From IMG/VR virus record IMGVR_UViG_3300011443_000002, positions 3,316-67,315 of that record: a stretch of 64,000 bases of DNA; one strand, given 5' to 3'. The position numbers and the translations under genes were made by a program. The notes under the pieces were generated by a model. It ran no database searches. It was not told where the DNA came from and saw only the letters and a program-made list of their open reading frames with translations. This DNA is from a virus. Below are positions 8,022 to 14,793 of this stretch, one piece after another. Every line of letters begins with the position of its first letter. Within the stretch, counting starts at the first letter, position 1.

Positions 8022-8198
8022 TCAGCGGACGATCACGGCGATGCAGAGACCGTCTGCACGGTAGACATAGCCTTCTTCGTCGATCGTGAAACGCTCCGTC
8101 TTGCTGAACGAAGCCATCGAGAACGTCGGCTCGAAGTTGAGGATCTGGCCGTGAATCCGAACGGCAGCAGCGATTTCAACGATCGTGAACGTCTTCAT
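8022..8198 (-). CDS. 58-aa leaderless hypothetical protein (below ORF-track cutoff)
   Basis: MKTFTIVEIAAAVRIHGQILNFEPTFSMASFSKTERFTIDEEGYVYRADGLCIAVIVR. Confidence 0.75.
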   Translation of the reverse strand: MKTFTIVEIAAAVRIHGQILNFEPTFSMASFSKTERFTIDEEGYVYRADGLCIAVIVR

Positions 8199-8233
8199 AC
8201 AGAGATAATGCCTGAGGGAAAATCGAGAAGCAA
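8190..8233 (-). promoter_or_regulatory. Promoter TTGCTT-17-CATTAT; copy 2 of the 44-bp direct repeat
   Basis: Identical to 7670-7713. Confidence 0.85.
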
Positions 8234-8316
8234 GGGTAAAAACGACGATCGACGAAAATATATTTTGAGCCGCTCTGGTATGCTGGCCGGAGGTGCCAGC
8301 CTGCTACCAGGACGAG

Positions 8317-8813
8317 ATGTCGGAATTACGACTGATGAAGTGTCGGCTGGACGACTGAGCAGATAACGGTTTCGTGAGGTGTCGGTTTTACGACTGAGCA
8401 AGTGTCGGAAAGACGACTGACAACTTTCGCTTTACGTAAGCGGATGGCCGGTGTCGGAAAGACGACTGAGTAAGTGTCGGCCTGACGACTGGCAACTTTC
8501 GCTTTACGTAAGTGAGGTGTCGGCGGGACGACTGATGAAGTGTCGGAAAGACGACTGCAAACTTTCGTAAAGCGTAAGCGATGGGTGGGTGTCGGAAAGA
8601 CGACTGAGTAAGTGTCGGCGGGACGACTGACCTCGATTACGAAATTACTGACTAGGTTTCCCGAGCCGCTGGTGGGTGTCGGCGGGACGACTGAGTAAGT
8701 GTCGGAATCACGACTGAGCAGATAACGAAACCGTGATCCTCGAGGATGGGTGTCGGCTGGACGACTGAGCACGTGTCGGGAATACGACTGATGTAGTGTC
8801 GGAAAGACGACTG
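8317..8813. repeat. Array of 15 copies of GTGTCGG-N4-ACGACTG (six pairs and one triplet, 23-bp period within clusters)
   Basis: Copies start at 8317, 8340, 8379, 8402, 8451, 8474, 8517, 8540, 8589, 8612, 8676, 8699, 8750, 8773, 8796; only the first has A instead of the leading G. Confidence 0.97.
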
Positions 8814-8860
8814 AGAAGGTGCCTAGTGGTCCCTGGCTGGCCTGACCCTATATCTAGTGG

Positions 8861-8889
8861 TTGTATTGCCTGCAAGGATCTACTAGGCT
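8861..8889 (+). promoter_or_regulatory. Rightward promoter TTGTAT-17-TAGGCT
   Basis: Same -35 as the 53426 and 55183 promoters; faces the primase gene. Confidence 0.6.
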
Positions 8890-9012
8890 GCTCGTCCCGG
8901 ACTTGGTAGGGACGGCCATCCCTCGCTAAAGTGTCGTAAAGATTCGACTTCCGGCTCCAGACGGGAGTCAGATGCCGAGCGACAGCCAGGATCGGGACTA
9001 TCTGGAGGCTTC

Positions 9013-9240
9013 GTGAACGGAGCGTTTTACTCGTGGCTGGTCGCAAATCATCCTGTATTTGCCAGCCGTTTTCCTGCCTTGCGTCTTCCGACGGCCAGCA
9101 GCCGACTATATGTCCTGCTCCGAGCCGCTCGGAACGATCTAAAAATCAGATCAGAAATCCGGATCCATCATCGTCTGTGGAGGCACAGATCGATGACGGA
9201 GGACTCATGCCCGAAACAGATGGGAACAGGCTGTGAGTAA
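9013..9240 (+). CDS. Possible small protein upstream of primase
   Basis: GGAGG SD close to the GTG; overlaps the primase start. Confidence 0.4.
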   Translation: MNGAFYSWLVANHPVFASRFPALRLPTASSRLYVLLRAARNDLKIRSEIRIHHRLWRHRSMTEDSCPKQMGTGCE

Positions 9241-11239
9241 GGTGAAGCCTGTGCCGGAGTGGCTGCAAAAGTATGTGGATCGTGGCTTCCGCCTTGTGTT
9301 CTACCCAACAAAGCGGAAAGGTCCAGTGACAAAGGGATGGGAAGCCAAGACGTTCACAGCAGCCGACTATAAAGAAGGCGACAACGTCGGCGTGATGTGC
9401 GGTCACGAGATCCAGCCTGGAAAGTTCTTAGTCGATATCGACTTTGATTGGGCTGAGGGAGTGCCGCTCGCGAAGCGTCTCCTGCCTCCAACCGAATTCG
9501 GTTTCGGCCGTGATAGTCGCAAGCTCTCGCATGCCTTCTATACGGCTGGCTCTCCGCTGGTCACTCGAGTGTTCGACGACGTTGATGGCAAGCGTATCGT
9601 CGAAATGCGAGCCTTGTCCAGCGATGGGACGCTGGGTCATCAGACGATGATCCCGCCTTCGGTGCATCCGAGTGAGGAGATCGTGACGCTCCGCATGGAT
9701 GGAGCCATCGGCCACGACGACAACGTCGAGAGACGCGTCGTCATGTATGCCATCGGATGCTTGCTGTTCCAGCATCTCGGCCAGCGTGGATTGCTACACG
9801 ACGTTCGCTTGGCTCTCGGAGGCTTCTTACTTAAGGTTGGTTTGACCGAGGAAGAGACCATCACGATCGGTGAAGCGATCGCTGAAATTACTGGCAACAA
9901 CATCAACGACGTTGAGACGACAGTAAGGTCCACAGCCTCTCGCCTGAAGCAAGGCGAGCGAGTGGTCGGGAAGCAGGCACTCGAAAAGGCCATAGGGGAC
10001 CAGGGAAAAAACGTCACAGCGAGAATCAAACAGTGGCTCGGGATCAAGGACTTTATCGTCAACGATAAGGGAGCCATCATCGCCAACAAAGAAGAGAACA
10101 TCGTGCGTGGGCTGAATCAGCTTGGTGCCGAAGTTCTATTCGACGATTTCTCACAGCGGGCGAAGGTCAAATACAACGGCTTCAACGGCATGTTGATGGA
10201 CGAGCAGCGAAACAGGATGCTGCTGGACCTTGACAAGCATTTCCACTTCTCGCCTTCGGCGGAGCGATTCGACATGGTCCTGATGGACATGGCGTATCAC
10301 AACCGAAAGCATCCGGTGCGCGAATACCTCGAGAGCGTCGAGTGGGATGGGAAGCCGAGAGTAGATGAGTGGCTGATCAAATTCGGAGGTGCAGCCGACA
10401 CCGAATATGTTCGAGCGGTCAGCGCCATCGTTCTTATTGCTGCTGTGAAACGTGTGAGATCTCCAGGCTGTAAGGTGGACGAGATGCTGGTGCTGGAGAG
10501 TCCACAGGGTCAAGGCAAGAGCAGTGCTCTCCGTGCCTTGTGCCCGAAAGAGGACTGGTTCTCAGACGATTTCCCGATGAACGTGGACTCGAAAGAAGTA
10601 ATTGAGCGGACGGTTGGTAAGTGGATCATCGAGGCAGCGGAATTGTCAGGAGTAAGAAAGGCGATGTCCGAGCATTTGAAGTCTATGGTCTCGAGACAGA
10701 CCGATGGTCCGGTGCGAATGGCCTATGCTCGATTGCCTATGGAGCAGCCACGACAGTTCATCATCATCGGCACAACAAACTCGACGGCATACCTGAAAGA
10801 CGAAACAGGCAACCGACGTTTCTGGCCTGTCCGAGTCAAGGTCTTTGACGTTCCTGGCATCATCTCCGAACGTGATCAGATATGGGCTGAGGCTGCTGCT
10901 AGGGAAGCGAAGGGCGAGCGGAGCAGCCTGCATCCGAGCCTGTGGCCGATGGCTGGTCTCCAGCAGGAGCGGAGACGTATTGAGGATCCATGGGAAGTTC
11001 TGTTGGATTCCGAGTTTCCTCTGGACCAGAAGATCCGAATCACGCCAGAGAAAATCTGGGAGGCACTCGGCATCCAGCCTGAGAAGCGTGATGAACGCGG
11101 TCAGGAGCGGATCATCAAGATCATGCAGCGTCTTCAGTTCCGCCGTGTCACCGTGCGAAGCGATGATGGCAAGGCGACAAAGGGATGGGGACGAGATGTA
11201 ATCGAGGGAAATCTTCAACTGGAGCTTGAGGACAAATGA
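9233..11239 (+). CDS. Bifunctional primase-polymerase fused to VirE (VapE)-type helicase
   Basis: N-terminal prim-pol motifs (GW...NVGVMCG...LVDIDFD, SHAFY, QTMIPPSVHPS); C-terminal Walker A ESPQGQGKSS, WIIEAAEL, IIGTTNS-YLKDETGNRRFWPV. Confidence 0.92.
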   Translation: MSKVKPVPEWLQKYVDRGFRLVFYPTKRKGPVTKGWEAKTFTAADYKEGDNVGVMCGHEIQPGKFLVDIDFDWAEGVPLAKRLLPPTEFGFGRDSRKLSHAFYTAGSPLVTRVFDDVDGKRIVEMRALSSDGTLGHQTMIPPSVHPSEEIVTLRMDGAIGHDDNVERRVVMYAIGCLLFQHLGQRGLLHDVRLALGGFLLKVGLTEEETITIGEAIAEITGNNINDVETTVRSTASRLKQGERVVGKQALEKAIGDQGKNVTARIKQWLGIKDFIVNDKGAIIANKEENIVRGLNQLGAEVLFDDFSQRAKVKYNGFNGMLMDEQRNRMLLDLDKHFHFSPSAERFDMVLMDMAYHNRKHPVREYLESVEWDGKPRVDEWLIKFGGAADTEYVRAVSAIVLIAAVKRVRSPGCKVDEMLVLESPQGQGKSSALRALCPKEDWFSDDFPMNVDSKEVIERTVGKWIIEAAELSGVRKAMSEHLKSMVSRQTDGPVRMAYARLPMEQPRQFIIIGTTNSTAYLKDETGNRRFWPVRVKVFDVPGIISERDQIWAEAAAREAKGERSSLHPSLWPMAGLQQERRRIEDPWEVLLDSEFPLDQKIRITPEKIWEALGIQPEKRDERGQERIIKIMQRLQFRRVTVRSDDGKATKGWGRDVIEGNLQLELEDK

Positions 11240-11538
11240 ACACCACCGATATGCTGGCAGATATCGCCAGGAAGATGAAAGAGCTTGAGCCTCCATGGGC
11301 CAAGTATCGGGGAGCACGTCTTACTGTGAGTCCGATGGTGGAAGAGGATGTGATTCTCATCATGAATCCGTATTCACTATTGGCTGGTGAACACGAGAGA
11401 CCTCGAGTGCTGGTTTCTCAGAGGACTCTCGATAAAATAGACTTTCCACGGTCTCATCCTGAGATTGCCGCCATGCTTGTGTATTACCTGAAAGATGTGA
11501 AGCCAAATGAAGAAGCATCAGATAAAGACAGGCGATAA
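11236..11538 (+). CDS. Hypothetical protein
   Basis: ATGA coupling. Confidence 0.7.
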   Translation: MNTTDMLADIARKMKELEPPWAKYRGARLTVSPMVEEDVILIMNPYSLLAGEHERPRVLVSQRTLDKIDFPRSHPEIAAMLVYYLKDVKPNEEASDKDRR

Positions 11539-11707
11539 GCTGGTGACAACGCTCGAAGGTAAGGTCCGCAAGTGGAGACCTCGAGCGGATAAGAACCGTA
11601 GACCTATTGGATATGCACTTGGTCCAGTGGACGATCGTGGGATCGTGCCTGTGCACATCACGAGATCGCTGATCACGAACATTCAGGCAGACGAAGGACA
11701 GCCATGA
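11507..11707 (+). CDS. Hypothetical protein
   Basis: 66 aa, coupled to the next gene. Confidence 0.6.
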   Translation: MKKHQIKTGDKLVTTLEGKVRKWRPRADKNRRPIGYALGPVDDRGIVPVHITRSLITNIQADEGQP

Positions 11708-11871
11708 ACGGCATACCCTGTCCCCTGTGTGGAAAGCCAACAGACTGGGTCTCGACTTACAACGAATGGGAATACGCTTGTAAGTCTTGCGATGCTCGAT
11801 TCAACGATAAGAAAGAGCAGATGCCTCCGTTTGCCACGATGACCCACATCAAGATGAAGGTGCAGCGATGA
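11704..11871 (+). CDS. 55-aa Zn-ribbon protein (below ORF-track cutoff)
   Basis: MNGIPCPLCGK...YACKSCD; ATGA overlaps on both sides. Confidence 0.7.
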   Translation: MNGIPCPLCGKPTDWVSTYNEWEYACKSCDARFNDKKEQMPPFATMTHIKMKVQR

Positions 11872-12194
11872 AGAAGAAACTCCTTATCACGCTGCTCATA
11901 GAGGACACATTAGATACTGGCGTCCTCACAAAAGATGAAATTGAGGACTCCGCTCGGAGATTCTTCATCCAGGCTCAGGAAGAAAATCCGTGGGGCGGAC
12001 TCAACGGAGCACCGATCTACATCGAGGAGATCCGAGAGATCGAGGTCTGTGATGATGGATGGACTACGATCAAGCCTCTTACTGAGATCAAACTCATTTT
12101 CTGTGAGTGCGACAAGCACAAACACGGAAAGTATATGAACAACGATCCATCTTATACCTGCCTCGATTGTGGCCTGATGGTGCCAACGCTATGA
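11868..12194 (+). CDS. Hypothetical protein with C-terminal Zn motif
   Basis: CECDKH...CLDCG. Confidence 0.7.
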   Translation: MKKKLLITLLIEDTLDTGVLTKDEIEDSARRFFIQAQEENPWGGLNGAPIYIEEIREIEVCDDGWTTIKPLTEIKLIFCECDKHKHGKYMNNDPSYTCLDCGLMVPTL

Positions 12195-12766
12195 GCCATC
12201 AAGGACTCTATATGGACGACGAACGTCTCGAGTGGCTGCTGGAAGGTCTCAATACGAAGACGATACCTTCGGTGCACGAACAGATGGAGATGATCCAGCG
12301 GCTGCATCCCGAGTGGCTGAAACCTGCTCCGATGGACTATGAAGAAGCTAAGGTTCATCGTGAATTGAGACGTGCAGCCACAACAATCCACGAGCAGCAG
12401 GAACTTGCAGCAGGCGAGAAATACGTGACGCGGATGGGTGAGAGCGGACGCTATCGCCAGGCTCTCGAGACGACCACGTTCAACGATCCGGAACCGACCT
12501 ATGTCGCAGAAAAGCACTGGATTTTCAAGGCTTCGTATGGTCGTGATCCAGTGTGGCGAGACGTTACAAAGAAGTGCCGACAGGCCAGCAACGAATACGG
12601 AATCAACATACTGGTGAGCAATTCCATGTTTGGTGATCCGTGTCCAGGCTATGTGAAGAATCTTTGTCTTACTTACATCACGAAGAACAAACAGACGGTT
12701 CAGGTGATGGTCCGAGAAGGACAGAATCTCGTGGTCACGCTGAGGAACATCCATGGCTTACGTTAA
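12191..12766 (+). CDS. Protein with C-terminal SUEL/galactose-rhamnose lectin-like domain
   Basis: IFKASYG-DVT-I-VSNSMFGDPCPGYVKNLCLTY matches the remembered SUEL/DUF3395 pattern. Confidence 0.65.
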   Translation: MSHQGLYMDDERLEWLLEGLNTKTIPSVHEQMEMIQRLHPEWLKPAPMDYEEAKVHRELRRAATTIHEQQELAAGEKYVTRMGESGRYRQALETTTFNDPEPTYVAEKHWIFKASYGRDPVWRDVTKKCRQASNEYGINILVSNSMFGDPCPGYVKNLCLTYITKNKQTVQVMVREGQNLVVTLRNIHGLR

Positions 12767-13148
12767 CTTCGGGCCAGGAGTCGTGCAGTTTCAGATCGGC
12801 GATCAGAAGTCTGATCTGGTGGAGTTTCGTCAAGTCGCACCAGACATGATTAGAACATGGGACGGAGAGTATCCTGATCCTATAGCAAAGCGTCTCGAGG
12901 TCTGGGTGAGCCTTGCTGCACCTTCTGAGCGGATGCTGGATCTGCTACAGGCAGCGTTCTATGAAGGCAAGGCTGTGCCTCTGTTGTTGTGGCTCGGCGA
13001 AGGTCAAGGCTTCGACTTTGATGGATACATCAAGACGTATGCTCCGCTGTGGGACTGCGATCGTGGATTCATACAGTGTGAATTGGAGATCGTAGGGACT
13101 GGCCGAGTGCGGATGATTCAGGAGCAGGAAGGGAAGGTGATCTCGTGA
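12753..13148 (+). CDS. Hypothetical protein, weakly tail-tube-like
   Basis: LLQAAF-G-V...FDFDGYI...ELEIVGTG-V pattern. Confidence 0.6.
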   Translation: MAYVNFGPGVVQFQIGDQKSDLVEFRQVAPDMIRTWDGEYPDPIAKRLEVWVSLAAPSERMLDLLQAAFYEGKAVPLLLWLGEGQGFDFDGYIKTYAPLWDCDRGFIQCELEIVGTGRVRMIQEQEGKVIS

Positions 13149-13357
13149 GACCAGAAGCCGAAGCCGTGATCGCTGCTGGCCTGGAGATGAACGAGGCTCT
13201 TGTTGCCATGCAGGAGACTCTGTGGAAACTCCATGAGATGCATAAGCTGAATCATCTTGTGTGGAGCAACGCAGAGTTGAGACGCGCATTGAAAAATCCA
13301 GATAAGAAGACGCGGATGATGGCCTATGAGGTGCTTCATCTTCGGAGGTCGAGATGA
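13145..13357 (+). CDS. Hypothetical protein
   Basis: GTGA coupling. Confidence 0.65.
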   Translation: MRPEAEAVIAAGLEMNEALVAMQETLWKLHEMHKLNHLVWSNAELRRALKNPDKKTRMMAYEVLHLRRSR

Positions 13358-13608
13358 GTATTCAGGCACGAATTCATGCTCAGTTGCAGGACCACGAGCC
13401 TGGAGACGGATCATACAAGTGTGAGTGCGAGAGGTGCGATTTGTTTCGCACGATACTAGCACAGGAAGACAAGGCCGATCTCAGGCACGAGTTTGACAAC
13501 TGGGACAAGTCTACCGAATTCACAAGAACGTGCAAGAATCCTGTAGATGCTGGAGACCAGATGGCTCTCCGAGATGCATACAAACTACTGTCTAAGGCAC
13601 TCGCATGA
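13354..13608 (+). CDS. Hypothetical protein
   Basis: ATGA coupling; H...CECERC. Confidence 0.7.
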   Translation: MSIQARIHAQLQDHEPGDGSYKCECERCDLFRTILAQEDKADLRHEFDNWDKSTEFTRTCKNPVDAGDQMALRDAYKLLSKALA

Positions 13609-13850
13609 ACATCGAAATCCTGCACGTAAACGTCTACCGAGCCAGATACGGAGCGGACACCGTGCTGCTCGAGACGAACTTTGATGAGTGGATCCCTGCT
13701 GATGCAGGCGAGAAGGTATCGCTGCAACTTCGAGCACCGAGATTCAAGGGTCACGAGTGGGCAAAAGAGGTGCTCGGTGCTCCGGAAGCCATCATCACGG
13801 TTTACGATCACAACGTAAACGTGGTCGATCTAAGTAAGAACGACGTTTGA
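13605..13850 (+). CDS. Hypothetical protein
   Basis: ATGA coupling. Confidence 0.7.
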   Translation: MNIEILHVNVYRARYGADTVLLETNFDEWIPADAGEKVSLQLRAPRFKGHEWAKEVLGAPEAIITVYDHNVNVVDLSKNDV

Positions 13851-13870
13851 TCGTCGATCTCGACTGTGTT

Positions 13871-14143
13871 GTAACCGTTGTAACCGGCCGACGGTTACAA
13901 AAATGTGCGAAAACACCTCTATTTTATTGACGTAACCTTTGTAACCGTTGTAACCGCGTTTCCTATAACTACCAGGCGAGAGTGCTTCACCCACCGAGTA
14001 ATTCTTACGCATACTTAGATCCACTGCTAGCTAGAGAGACTCTGGTTACACAGGTTACAAAGGTTACAGCCTCGGTTTTGCAGGGAAAAAGTGGGTTACA
14101 AGTTAGGTTACGACAATGTTTTACAGGGAGAATTTGAGTAACC
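13871..14143. repeat. 12 GTAACC/GGTTAC hexamers including an inverted pair of 9-bp-period triplets; candidate origin or pac region
   Basis: GTAACC at 13871, 13880, 13932, 13941, 13950, 14138; GGTTAC at 13893, 14044, 14053, 14062, 14094, 14106; AT-rich non-coding DNA. Confidence 0.9.
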
Positions 14144-14211
14144 GTTCCGTGCTCCGACCAACATCGAATTAGAATCCTCGCTGTTGGCAGGCAGGACTTG
14201 TAACTATGCTG

Positions 14212-14240
14212 TTGCCTTGCCTGCTATGCCGTGGTATACA
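14212..14240 (+). promoter_or_regulatory. Candidate late promoter TTGCCT-17-(TGG)TATACA
   Basis: Extended -10-like GTGGTATA, also seen in the 62830-62858 promoter. Confidence 0.4.
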
Positions 14241-14254
14241 GCCTAAGGTCAAGT

Positions 14255-14605
14255 ATGCCATCCGTCTTCGACGACATCGAGCTTCCTAATGGCGACGCTC
14301 GGCTTCTAACAAAGGCCGATATCAAGGCACGTTTGAACAAACTCGTGCCACGTGCCTTCAGGACACTCGAGAAGAATTTGTTCGCGGATGATGAGAAAGT
14401 CCAGGTGCAGGCTGCACTCGGGATCCTCGATCGCACAGGCTATGGTCCGAAATCGACTGTTAGCGTGGAAGACGAACGAGAGGATCTCACCAAGCTCACA
14501 CCGGACGAACTTAGGCAGCGTGCTCTGAACATCGCTGCTCAGATCGCCGAGAACAATCCTCCCTCGGAAGGTCCATTCGAGGAAGAGGACAAGACGATTC
14601 ACTAG
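14255..14605 (+). CDS. Probable terminase small subunit
   Basis: Position before terL; ILDRTGYGPK motif and acidic tail typical of TerS-like proteins. Confidence 0.7.
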   Translation: MPSVFDDIELPNGDARLLTKADIKARLNKLVPRAFRTLEKNLFADDEKVQVQAALGILDRTGYGPKSTVSVEDEREDLTKLTPDELRQRALNIAAQIAENNPPSEGPFEEEDKTIH

Positions 14606-14624
14606 GTTCTTATCAGGTATCGAG

Positions 14625-14680
14625 GTCTAGACTCTGCGTTACTGCGTGGAGGCTGGCTGGTTCGAGTCCAGCACTAGATG
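14625..14680 (+). ncRNA. D-armless tRNA-like structure with canonical T-arm
   Basis: GCTGG-TTCGAGT-CCAGC (14656-72), acceptor-like GTCTAG/CTAGAT, 7-bp hairpin 14632-51, 4-nt variable loop; no CCA. Confidence 0.45.
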
Positions 14681-14793
14681 CTCCGGAACAGTAAGTCCGG
14701 GGATCACATCTAATGACAGCGGCGTCAGCACCTCGGTATCTGGTAAGAACTTAGATTTAACAAAGAAAGTAAGAGGCTCGATTAGATGCATAC

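Noticed and set aside
8195-8772. ORFs 8326-8772 and 8195-8401 across the array
   Set aside because: The 23-bp period is not a multiple of 3, and there is no SD or coding-like codon use.
8317-8813. CRISPR array interpretation
   Set aside because: Intervening sequences are 5 nt within pairs and mutually related between pairs rather than unique and uniform; the repeat has a variable centre; no cas genes in the window.
8317-8813. Match to the actinobacterial PafBC promoter motif TGTCGG-N10-TANNNT
   Set aside because: TGTCGG is present, but the position-matched -10 reads GA(G/T)..., not TANNNT.
14600-14690. Standard tRNA gene
   Set aside because: No acceptor 5' strand at the expected distance, no D-arm, no 7-nt anticodon loop and no CCA; kept only as tRNA-like.
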